Source: Cirrosporium novae-zelandiae
Lineage: Eukaryota
Length of the DNA: 38,717 bases
NCBI GenBank assembly: GCA_026023565.1
Contig: JAPETS010000051.1
Coordinates: 124,001 to 162,717 of the forward strand
Reading direction: 5' to 3'
The notes under the pieces are model-generated. The model was not told the DNA's origin. It ran no database searches and saw only the letters and a program-made list of their open reading frames with translations. Position 1 is the stretch's first letter; each line of letters begins with the position of its first letter. Below are positions 11,613-21,864 of this stretch, piece after piece. The translations under genes and the position numbers were made by a program.

Positions 11613-14600
11613 CTAAGCAGGCTCCAACGTACTAAGAGGCACATACTTTGCCTCCTCAGTACTCCTTCGGCCGACCAATCTCCCAACACCTCTAGCCCAG
11701 CGACCGAACACACTACTACTTCTCCCATCCACATTTCTGTCCAACTCCTCTTTTGCCAACCATTTAGGCCGTTTCCACAACTTTAATAGCAAACTGCTAG
11801 CCACGACACTTACACTACTAGCAGCCATTGCCATTCCAGCCGCCATTGGATGTACCATCGGTCCGCCAAATGGCAAAAACAACCCCATCGCAAAAGGTAA
11901 GCCAAGGACATTGTATATAGTTGCCCAAGCAAGATTCAACTTGATGCGGCCGAATATTGCCTTGGCGAGGCAGAGAGCCGCAGGAACGAGTAAAAGGTCT
12001 TCGGGCTGCATGAGTACGATATCGGCAGCCTCCATAGCGACATCCGTCCCACTCGCCAGTGCAATACCCACAGCGGCGGTTGCGAGAGCAGGGGAATCGT
12101 TGATGCCGTCGCCAACCATGGCTACTGTATATCCATCCGCTTGCAAGTCTGCAATGATGGACTGTTTCATAGGTGGCGTAACAGACGCGTGGACATTCTC
12201 TGGAGGGATGCCAGTTCGAGCAGCGACACTATGTGCTGTTGAAAGAGTGTCACCGGTGAGGAGAGAAGTCGAAATGTTCATGGCATGAAGAGCAATGATG
12301 GTAGAACGAGCAAGAGGTTTGATGGTGTCTGATAGGTGAAGGATGCCTGCGAAGCTGGAGCCAATTGCTATATAGATGCTTGTCGTACCATCACTAGAGG
12401 ATGATTTGGTATTATCATCGTCCATGAAGGCAGAGGGAGGGATAGTAACACCATTGGATTGGAGGAAGGTGCTTGTGCCGAGGAGGACATGGTAGCGGAT
12501 TCGGTCGGTAGAAGAAGCGGGTTCAACGGTTGCTGAAACACCGTTGCCCACAGTTGCAGAAAATTCGCCGATACTCCCATCAATGGTTCCGTCGTTACTG
12601 ACACCAAGCTCGGATTTGGATGCATTAACAATTGCTTTTGCAACAGGATGTTCACTCCCCATCTCGGCCAAACCAACAAGTGTCCACCATAAGCGTCTTC
12701 TCCATTCATTTGATCTCCAGACAGGTTCAATTCTAGTAATGGCAAGACTCATTTTCCCCATTGTCAGTGTTCCTGTCTTGTCGAATACAATATGATTAAT
12801 TTTGGTTGTTGTTTCGAGTGAAGCCCCACTCTTAAAAAGGATACCATTTTCGGCACCAACTCCAGTGCCGACCATTACTGCAGTAGGCGTGCTCAGGCCT
12901 AGGGCACATGGACAAGCGAAGACGATAACGGATATGCAGAGCTTGAGGCAAACGAAGAGTTTACCGCCACTCGCTTCATCCAAGAATATCTTCGGCGGGT
13001 GACTTAGGGCATGACTTAGGACCATCCAAATCATAAACGTGAGTAGACCAAGGGCAATGATTGCAGGAACAAAGTACCCAGCGACCACATCAGCCATTCT
13101 TTGAATCGGTGCTCGACTAGTCTGGGCATCTTGAACAAGTCGAACAATTTGGCTAAGTTTGGTATCACTTCCAGCGCGAGTCACCTTGAAGTCAACCCTA
13201 CCAGAACCATTGACTGTACCTGCCATGAGAATACTTCCGGCCTTTTTAACAATTGGATTTGCCTCTCCAGTGACCATGCTTTCATCAACATGCGTCTCAC
13301 CTCTGAATACGATGCCATCAGCGGGTATTTGATCTCCAGGACGAAGAAGAACCAAATCTCCTGTTTCAAGAAGGTCTGTTGAAACCTTCTTTTCTTCGAA
13401 TGGATTAGCGGCTTGGCCCTCTTCTCCACTTTTTTCGGGCTTTGGAATCGAAGTGTTAGTTTTACTCCATTCTTCTGTGGCCTTTTCTGCGGCGATTGGA
13501 TCGACGTAAATTGTTGCCATAGAAGGTGCAAGAGACATAAGACGGGAAAGTGCTCTTGATGTCTGGCCTTTTGCCCTGTTTTCGAGATATCTTCCGAGGG
13601 TGATAAATGTGATGAGCATTGTGCTTGTATCAAAAACGGTCCCGGGTCTGGTATGCGGAGGGCAGAATACCGACACAAGAATGGCAGTAACACTAAAGAA
13701 GAACGCAGCAGAAGTGCCAAGGACAACAAGAACATCCATAGTTGGAGATCCGTGCCGTAATGACTTGAATGCGGATTTGTAAAATCGAGCTCCGATACCA
13801 AATTGAACTGGGATTGTGAGAAGCATGCAGACAATGTCTCCAACATAAAGGCCTGGAATGATCATACAGGAACCATAGTCCAATATTGGAAGGTACATGG
13901 GTATTAACATGCTAATGCAAAACACGGGTATAGCTAAGAAAAGTGAGATCTTGAATGTACGCCACCATTCCTGAATCTCTTTTGTTTTTGCCAATGATTC
14001 CAGTTGTGCATTATTGTCATCTGAATCTGCCAATATAGCATTGCAGCCGGTTGCTGGGACAGCATCAACAATCCTTCGTAGACCTACTAATAATGGATCA
14101 TATGTTACGGTAGCTCGGGAGTTGTCCACATTGATGGTGACACCGATAACTCCAGGAAGCTGTCGCAATGTATTCTCAACCTTCGCCGCTACCAATGATG
14201 CTGATTCTACGGCAGCTTCGGTATCTACAGTGCTGTCCACGAAGCGCCCTCGAGAGTCCTGCTGAGAACGTTGTAGGCCAAACAACTTTAGTTGGGTAGT
14301 CGCAGACGACTTCGACTGAATTTCGTTTGCTGCCACAGTTGAGAGTAATCTCGCATCGAATCCTGTATCCTCGATCGTTTCCATTATGTTCTCCACTGAA
14401 AGTATCGAAGGGTCATGAGAGATGACAGCTCGTTCCGCTAAAAGGCTGATGTTGAACCGGACCATTCCTTTCACGTCCTTAAATGCATTTTCCACAGCAG
14501 CAGTACAGGCACCGCACGTCATTCCTTCAACAGCGACCGTAGTCGTTGCCACCATCGGAATATTATTGTTACTTCTTCGTTTCTGTTCCCCCGAGACTTT

Positions 14601-15131
14601 TGCCTCCGCTGTCTTGACATCTAACACTTTAGCATCAAAGCCAATATCCTCAATCACGGTAGCAAGTTCATCAGGCTTGATGACCAATTCATCATGTTCA
14701 ACGACAGCCCGATTTGCCATTAACGAAACAGTTATTGTTTTGACTCCATCAACATTCTTGAAGGCGCCTTCTACAGCAGAAGTGCATGCGCCGCAAGTCA
14801 TTCCCTCCACCGCCAACGTCGTTGTAGAGAAAGCAGCTTTATCGTCGGCTTTATCGGAAGGGTCTGTTGAGAGAAGGTCCGTAGATAAAACTTCGGCGTC
14901 GAAACCACAATCTTCTATCGTTTCCTTGACTTGTTCGACATTGACCATGCTCGGGTCATGACGGACAACCGCTCTACCCATGATCAAGCTCACAGAAACA
15001 TTTTCAACACCATTCATAGTTTCGAATCCCCCTTCTACCGCCGCAGTGCAGGCACCACAAGTCATCCCATCCACGCGGAGAGTTGTGGTAGCCATGTGCG
15101 CGGTGGGGGCATCCGGATTTATGGCATCCAT
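11613..15131 (-). CDS. ccc2: P1B-1 copper-transporting ATPase (Ccc2/CtpA-like), 1172 aa, intronless
   Basis: Three GMTCGAC metal-binding domains plus one degenerate HMA domain; TGE, CPC, DKTGT, SEHP, GDGIND, YN and MxxSS motifs. Confidence 0.95.
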   Translation of the reverse strand: MDAINPDAPTAHMATTTLRVDGMTCGACTAAVEGGFETMNGVENVSVSLIMGRAVVRHDPSMVNVEQVKETIEDCGFDAEVLSTDLLSTDPSDKADDKAAFSTTTLAVEGMTCGACTSAVEGAFKNVDGVKTITVSLMANRAVVEHDELVIKPDELATVIEDIGFDAKVLDVKTAEAKVSGEQKRRSNNNIPMVATTTVAVEGMTCGACTAAVENAFKDVKGMVRFNISLLAERAVISHDPSILSVENIMETIEDTGFDARLLSTVAANEIQSKSSATTQLKLFGLQRSQQDSRGRFVDSTVDTEAAVESASLVAAKVENTLRQLPGVIGVTINVDNSRATVTYDPLLVGLRRIVDAVPATGCNAILADSDDNNAQLESLAKTKEIQEWWRTFKISLFLAIPVFCISMLIPMYLPILDYGSCMIIPGLYVGDIVCMLLTIPVQFGIGARFYKSAFKSLRHGSPTMDVLVVLGTSAAFFFSVTAILVSVFCPPHTRPGTVFDTSTMLITFITLGRYLENRAKGQTSRALSRLMSLAPSMATIYVDPIAAEKATEEWSKTNTSIPKPEKSGEEGQAANPFEEKKVSTDLLETGDLVLLRPGDQIPADGIVFRGETHVDESMVTGEANPIVKKAGSILMAGTVNGSGRVDFKVTRAGSDTKLSQIVRLVQDAQTSRAPIQRMADVVAGYFVPAIIALGLLTFMIWMVLSHALSHPPKIFLDEASGGKLFVCLKLCISVIVFACPCALGLSTPTAVMVGTGVGAENGILFKSGASLETTTKINHIVFDKTGTLTMGKMSLAITRIEPVWRSNEWRRRLWWTLVGLAEMGSEHPVAKAIVNASKSELGVSNDGTIDGSIGEFSATVGNGVSATVEPASSTDRIRYHVLLGTSTFLQSNGVTIPPSAFMDDDNTKSSSSDGTTSIYIAIGSSFAGILHLSDTIKPLARSTIIALHAMNISTSLLTGDTLSTAHSVAARTGIPPENVHASVTPPMKQSIIADLQADGYTVAMVGDGINDSPALATAAVGIALASGTDVAMEAADIVLMQPEDLLLVPAALCLAKAIFGRIKLNLAWATIYNVLGLPFAMGLFLPFGGPMVHPMAAGMAMAASSVSVVASSLLLKLWKRPKWLAKEELDRNVDGRSSSVFGRWARGVGRLVGRRSTEEAKYVPLSTLEPA

Positions 15132-16556
15132 ATCTGAGGAGCGGAATATTTAAATGTCATAAAAGGACGTATTGCATTTCAACAGAAGGTTGAGAGGAGA
15201 TGTTTGTTCAAGTACCTGTCACTTGTGCAACAGATAACAGAGAGGGGAGATGGAAAAGCTGAAAAGGATTTATGTCAGATTCATCCTAATCGAGATGGGA
15301 CTGGCGTACAGGTTTTGAGGTAATATCCACTAAGCTGACCAACACCAAGAGGAGCCCTAGTAGGGCCTTTGTATCGTCAAGATCAGCAAATTTTTAGAAG
15401 TAGAAGCCAGCTCCCACGTAACTAACAATTGAATTTAGAGAGATGCATTATGTTAGAAAGCAAAGAATTAAGTAGTAAGAGGAATTGACAAGATACAAAT
15501 AGATAAATAAATGAGCGATAATATCGTCTTTGATAAATTGAATTCAACAAAGAATATTGCGCTAAATGGTGGTAAAGGTTGACTAAGCTGAAATAGAGAA
15601 AGTCTCGGCGGTTCAACCAGGGAAACCAACCGAGGCTTGAACCATTTAGGTTACTCAATCACCTCTCCATCTACTCGAGTAGATGCTTGCCCATGCTTGC
15701 TAATTCTGTGACGACGATTCCGTCATCTATCCTATCATTTGTATCTAATATTAACCCTTTATCCATCAATTTACATACTTGTACATAATGTATTCATCTT
15801 TGTTTTCCCCTTCTTCTACCATGGATGAAGTACAACACCTGGTATCTGCCTAGATGGATGTATATAATACTCCTTTGATGCTTTCTCCCCATCTCTTCCT
15901 TAATTGGTCACCATCTGACTTTCTGCCCATTAAGCCTTCAACCTTAAATACAATCCGAATCTACGCTCAAACGTGTACTGCGTGATGTATCGGTGACCGA
16001 CACCTTCTCCCGCTTTAATCCTTGGAGGAGTTCCTGGGAGCCAAGAAAGGAAACGTCAAAAAAGTAATCAAAATAGCCTCCTAGGACAATAATATCAACA
16101 TTCGATCCGAGCCTCCATCCAAAACCGGACATGCTATATTATCAAGGATTTATGGCATTATGGTATTACACCAATAGAGTTGTAAGTGGCCAGCATCCAT
16201 AGCTTGTAGTTCGTAAAGCCAGCCACGCGCATTGGCATTTGTAGGGAATCGAGCCAACCAAAGTCATATGCAACATTTCACCACAGAAAGGAGAACAATA
16301 GTTACACAATAACGATCAGCAAAGAAGTCTGATACGTAAGGTAGGCTTTTCTTCACATACTCTCATCCGCATGAACGCACGCACTGCCCATGCCTATCAA
16401 ACTTTGAAAGAGTGAGAATGATTTTTAAAGCGCTTCATCATGAGACTGCCGCAGCTTCAAAGGGAAAAAAAGATAATGTGGGGGGTATCACCTCCAGCTC
16501 CTAAAAGCCCGCTTAAAACGCCCCCTTCAATACCAAACGAAAATCATAGTCGAACC

Positions 16557-16564
16557 AAAAAAAA
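16557..16564 (-). terminator. Pol III T8 terminator of the tRNA-Asn gene
   Basis: First run of 4 or more T downstream of the tRNA on the minus strand, about 31 nt after the discriminator base. Confidence 0.65.
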
Positions 16565-16595
16565 TCAAAGTAGATAACAGAATCGAACTGTCTTC

Positions 16596-16685
16596 CTCCC
16601 CCGCGTGGGCTCGAACCACGAACCTCCCGGTGTGCAACTGTATTGTATAACAGCCGGACGCGCTAACCAGTTGCGCCACGGAGGA
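16596..16685 (-). tRNA. tRNA-Asn (GTT) with a 16-nt intron (16647-16632)
   Basis: Minus strand TCCTCCGTGGCGCAACTGGTTAGCGCGTCCGGCTGTTA[TACAATACAGTTGCAC]ACCGGGAGGTTCGTGGTTCGAGCCCACGCGGGGGAG. Acceptor stem, D-arm, T-arm, intron at position 37/38 and discriminator G are all present. Confidence 0.95.
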
Positions 16686-17607
16686 TTTTTGATGCTGTTT
16701 GTTGTTGGAAGTGGGGGTAAAAAAGTGATTTATCTTCTGTGGTTGGCCTGAATAGAAAAGTGACTTTTCCCCATTCCATCAATCTGATAAGGTTCGGGTA
16801 CGCAATGGTTAGTTGGTGCGAGGATAGATCGACAAACGTCCGAAACCCGAAATACGAAAATCCATGCACACCGAACGGGGAGTTCTAAAGGAAGGAAGAA
16901 GGGGCAGGCGATCATAACGCGGCTTTTTTTGGTCCCACCTTTGGCCGCGTAGAAAACTAGACTGAAAAGGAGGACTGTACAGCACATGCATACGTCTTAA
17001 AGAAGTGCTATAAAGGGTATGAGGTATCTATTTACCATAGAGGCATAAATAATAGAAGATGGAGCAAGAATATACCGTACTACTACGAAAGTAGGTCATG
17101 GGGATCTTGCCTGAAACCTTTCTAACCTTTTAGATGAGAATAACAATGGAGGTTAAAATCGATTTCAATTGAATTTCCCGATGCGAGTTAACAATGCACC
17201 TACATCTAAAGCCTTTTCTCTATTACACGTGGTTACCTACCTTAGATAGCTACATATTGATGAATTGGCACCGTGGCTATCATTTCAGTTTAACCCCCGG
17301 ATGCTTATATGGTACTTAACTTAGTAATATACTATAGAAATGGATATTATGCCATCGAGGAATCCTTTAAGACTATAAAAAAATAACAATGTCGTATACT
17401 ATATAATGACAATGACCTAGAAATGGCTTATCCTCCAAGTATTGTATGAGCCTCGTCCGAATCCTTCGTTCGTAACAAATTTCCTCAGCAAATATCGATC
17501 CTAGAACAAATAATTATAAAGGCAAAAGGATTTCACAAGGGAAATGGCCGATGGCATGTGGGTATCTGCAAGTTGAATAAATTGAAATATTGACTTCAAA
17601 TCTCCCA

Positions 17608-18252
17608 CTATAAATTGACGTGAGGATTGAAAGACGCAAAATAGTTTAGATTTTGATCAAGTTCAACGGAATAGTCGTTTTCTGCATTTGTATCAGCGTC
17701 CTTATTTTGCTTTCCTAAGTGCTTGGGTTGTTGTTTCCAGCCAGAAGACAGTGTACCTCCTACCGTAGCTTCATGCTGAGCTTTATTTGTTAGTACTTTG
17801 AGCACATTAAACTTAATGAAGCGCTGTCTCTGTAGCTTGTCGACATATTCTTCCAAATCCTTCAATGAGGAGCCTTTGAGCACGAGTGAGGTTCTATTGA
17901 TAATGCATGGCTTCAAATTTATCAGTGGGAGGATCAAAATTTCTTCAACACGAACATACGAGAGTCGAGGAAGTCTTGACTTTTGGAATTGAAGTTGCAA
18001 CCCGCTGCCTAGATTATCGGAGCGTTGGCTTGGATATATAGGAATGTAGTATCGGCTATTAATGGAACGTTCCCGCTTTGACGTGATAGTGACAACGAGA
18101 ACCCAACCATCCAGCGTTGACTGCCGAAGCACTATAGCCATGTGCATTGCGATTCGTCTAGCGATTTTCATCAGGGGGATGCCACGGGCAACACATTCGT
18201 TCTCTGGGATAAATCGGTGTACACGCCCAAGAGAAATTGAAAGTTCAGTCAT
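17608..18252 (-). CDS. hypothetical protein, about 214 aa, with a PemK/MazF-like sequence pattern in its first ~140 aa
   Basis: First ATG of the 232-codon open frame is at 18252 (MTELSISLGRV). Pattern HMAIVL..VLVVTITSK..YIPI..LPRLSYVRVEEI..L..SLKDLEEYV, followed by a polar tail. Recognised by eye only. Confidence 0.6.
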   Translation of the reverse strand: MTELSISLGRVHRFIPENECVARGIPLMKIARRIAMHMAIVLRQSTLDGWVLVVTITSKRERSINSRYYIPIYPSQRSDNLGSGLQLQFQKSRLPRLSYVRVEEILILPLINLKPCIINRTSLVLKGSSLKDLEEYVDKLQRQRFIKFNVLKVLTNKAQHEATVGGTLSSGWKQQPKHLGKQNKDADTNAENDYSVELDQNLNYFASFNPHVNL

Positions 18253-19970
18253 CGTAAGAAGGAATGTAAAGAGGGGAAAGCCAGAAAAATCCCAAAAGGA
18301 AACCAATGATATTGCTAATCTTGTAATTAGTTCTGTCGTGTAGTTAAAGATGCACCCTCTATGTGCGGCCCTATTGCCCTATTTATCTTTGTAAGAATAT
18401 GTTCGTGCCTTAGACTTAGTGGTCTCGGTGCTCTGAGACAGATGTGGGTAGAATACTTTTGAGCCTTGTCTGTGTTCAAGTATCAGAGCATTAATCATTC
18501 CGTGCACATAGCTCCCATTGTTAACAACAATCTGGAGTGAACAAAGGCCCATTGTAAGTTTCGTTTAGTAGAATAGAGTTGAAATGTAACTATGGTAATT
18601 GTTCTTATTGGCGTAAGTATATGAAAGCCTTGAGTCTGTTGTTTTGAAGAGGGAGAATCTTTATCTCGAGGTATTGTTTGCAACGCCAAAAAATCGCAAC
18701 CCAGATCTTCTGCCGCAACATAGGTTTGAAACTGAGAATCAACACAAGCTTCGTTCACACAGTGATATAATGTCACAGATGTATCTATGCTCCCTGTTTG
18801 AGTTTTAAACAAGCCAATGTGTGCTAGATCCATTCGCGAAAATGGGCATACATTTTCAAACGTCAGAAGGTCGACAGAAACGACATTGAATTCAAGACCT
18901 CAGTCGTCTAATATCCGGAATTTTCGACAAGTGAGTATGCAGTTCCATCCCTAGCAAAGTCACGAAACCACAGTGTAGTCGAAACCTCCTAGTTATCTCA
19001 GGAAAAGTGAGTAGCACCTAGTGTGTTAAAGTTGGATGTACCTGGTCACAAAGTATTCCAAGGTGAGTGCGGCATAAACATGCTCGGATGTTGAATTTTG
19101 AACCTTGGTCTTAAGTGGATTATAGTTTTTTATCATAACATATATTCGAGAAAACCCAACGGATCGAATGAATCCACTACACAAATCGTGAGCTAATGAC
19201 TCGCATTCGTCGGTATCCCTCTTTCTGGAGGCGAGGGGCCAAGCAAAGGAATTTATATTACATCAGAACAAAATGTTAGAAGCAGTAGTTCTGCCACGGC
19301 TTGCGAGGTCGACTTCGCTGCCGATCAAAGAGTTGAACCAGACAATTCAACTACTCGCAGCTTAAAAACTAAAATCAGATACATGCAAAATTAGAAGACC
19401 TATAGGGCACTGTTAGCGAAAATAGACATTGGCAGATTGCAAAAGGAATGTAAAAAGGTGGAAATGAGAAGAAATATGGTGAGTATACGGTCCGGGGTGT
19501 AATTATCATTATACTGAATCGTGTCGACTTGATTGCGCAAATGTGATTGTTGATATTATCGACATACACTGGTTGGATAGGCATTTGGGCAACAATCTGT
19601 TCGTTGTAAAAAATAGTTCGATGCAGGCCATTACAAGAAAATGCGAAAGAGAGATCTTTCGAAGAGGGAGCTCGAGGCATTGTTGCTAGAGTAGAGGATC
19701 TTCTCCAGTAGTTTTCAGAATCGCATGTAGTTGTCGTTGCGGCTTCACTTCGGATGTGAACGAGGATAAATCGTCATGACTTGTTCCATGATGAAACCTG
19801 TGCAGCCCCCACGAGTGCGTCTGGTGGATATTTGTGCAAATCTGCCTGAAGAGCTATTCTTACCAAAAATTAGAGTGGCCGACAATGAGTTGTAATCCGA
19901 ATGGACAAAATGATGTGCAGATGACAGTGGTCGGCCGGTAATCCGGCATTACAGCCAATATCAGGCACAT

Positions 19971-20710
19971 CTCCAGAATTTAGCCAGAAGGACTCGCTAG
20001 AGTTGCTGTGGGTTGTGAATTGAGTGTATATCTGAGCCTTATCCACCTTCATCCTTCATACGATGTGAATGAATTTATCCGGAGAAAACAGACAAACCAC
20101 GAGACACGTTCAAATGCCAGATTTCTAAATTCCCCAGAAAACGCGTCTTCGTTACAATGGAGGGGGAATGTCGTTCCATCAGAATACTCCAGGCCTTCTC
20201 CATCCATAGAACCCACACCTCATTATTCTGCCAACTCTCATCGCCCTCATCGCTCTCATCATCAGTTGATAATTCAAATCCTCCCCTGGGAACCGTCTCG
20301 CTGATCCCGATAAACTTCCCCTTCCAGCACCATAATAGCTTTGTGGAGACGGAGAAAATAATTGAGCCTGTTGTTATTGCCTCCGCAGCCCATTACCCCA
20401 ACCCGCATCCACATTTACAGAGGAGGAATCATATCAGTGACCTGAGGTTGAATCTTGGTTCAACCTCTAATGCTGAGAGGCAAGCGGCGATTCCCACCTA
20501 ACCACATTATTTTCTCCCATCCAGCCAATCTAATATCCTTATTGTTGAGAATTGCCAATTGCATTCTGGGCGACCAACGGCTCTCAGGTGACAGGAACAG
20601 AATAACCCCGGATCATTCGGGCCATACTATCGTGTGATTTTTGCCTGTACGAGGGAGAATTGTATCTTAGTGTTGTATCATGCATATCAGTGTTTCGTTT
20701 GTATATATAA
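19971..20710 (+). promoter_or_regulatory. putative xyl1 promoter: XlnR-type site, CreA-type sites, CCAAT, TATA
   Basis: TTAGCC (reverse of GGCTAA) at 19980-19985. SYGGRG reverse matches at 19971 (CTCCAG), 20132 (CCCCAG), 20381 (CTCCGC) and 20606 (CCCCGG). CCAAT near 20525; TATATATAA at 20702-20710. Short motifs, so partly expected by chance. Confidence 0.4.
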
Positions 20711-20828
20711 TTCTAGGAGCTCGCGATGAGGTGTTCTTTTTTCTTGCTCTCCAATTCATTCAATACAAATCAAATTCAACAAATAATAACCTTTCTTTCA
20801 TAAATCTTCCACATCACAAAAAGTAAAC

Positions 20829-21864
20829 ATGCCTGCTTCTCCCACCGTCAAGCTCGCCAGCGGCCACGAAATGCCCCTCGTGGGCTTCGGTACCTGGAAA
20901 CTCACCGGCCAGGAAGCCACTGATGCCGTTTACCAGGCCATTAAGATGGGCTACCGTCTGATTGATTGTGCCCAAGGTACATATCCAAACCCTAGCTCAA
21001 ATTCCTGTCCTCAACTAAGATACTGACGTCCTAATTCCAGACTACGACAACGAGAAGGAAGTCGGTGCTGCTGTCCGCAAGGCCATCGCCGACGGTCTTG
21101 TCAAGCGTGAGGAGCTCTTCCTCGTCTCCAAGATCTGGAATCAATTCCACGACTTCAAGCGAGTGGAGCCCATGTGCCGCAAGCAACTTGAGGACTGGGG
21201 CGTCGACTACTTCGACCTCTACCTCATGCATTTCCCCCTCTCCTCTCGCTTCGTTGACCCCGCCAAGCGTTACCCGCCAAACTTCTTCGAAGAGGATGGC
21301 AAGACCCTCGTGGCTGACGGTGAAGCCACAATCCAGGAAACATGGACTGCTATGGAACACCTTGTGGACAGGAAAATTGTTCGCAGTATCGGCATTTCCA
21401 ACTTCCAAGCTCAACTCCTGATGGATCTCCTCCGATACGCTCGCATTCCCCCATCAACCCTCCAAATAGAACACCACCCATACCTCGTCCAACCCGCTCT
21501 CGTCAAATATGCCCAACAACACGGCCTCCGCGTGACCGCCTACTCGTCCTTCGGCACCGCCTCCTTCCTCGAAATGGGTGTCAAGCAGGCTTTCGACACC
21601 CCTCTCCTTTTCGACCATCCCGTTATCAAGAAGATTGCTGAGGCACACGGCAAGACTTGCTCGCAGGTCCTCCTCCGATGGTCTACCCAGCGCGAAATTG
21701 CTGTTCTGCCAAAAGCCACTGATCCTACATTCGTCGCCATGAATCTCGACTCCACGAGTTTCGACCTCACAGAGAAGGAATTCGAGGAAATTGACGGCCT
21801 CGACAGGAAGCTAAGATTCAATGACCCGTTGAACTATGGTTTCTTTATTCCATGCTTTGCATAA
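20829..21864 (+). CDS. xyl1: D-xylose reductase, aldo-keto reductase family 2B, 323 aa; exons 20829-20976, 21041-21864
   Basis: [17 protein letters not shown]; catalytic tetrad D (IDCA), Y (QDY), K (SKIWN), H (MHFP); [26 protein letters not shown]. Intron 20977-21040 GTACAT..CTGAC..CAG. Strong C-ending codon bias. Confidence 0.92.

Noticed and set aside
11911..15137. Numerous antisense and alternative-frame ORFs over ccc2 (similarly over GCN5, GH92, xyl1, PPP4R2, GH47)
   Set aside because: Shadow ORFs expected from the codon structure of the real genes; no recognisable motifs.
15821..16076. Possible small spliced gene (ATG 15821, GTATCT donor, CTGAC..AAG)
   Set aside because: Splicing gives only about 23 aa with no recognisable features.
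16834..16862. TTTCGGACGTTT motif with repeated TTTCG shared (inverted) with 29341-29370
   Set aside because: A 12-nt exact match is expected by chance in 38 kb, and the flanking similarity is weak.
18495..20637. Short ORFs of 60-114 aa between the PemK-like gene and xyl1, considered as antitoxin or transposon remnants
   Set aside because: No motifs, terminal repeats or coherent splice models; cannot be supported by eye.
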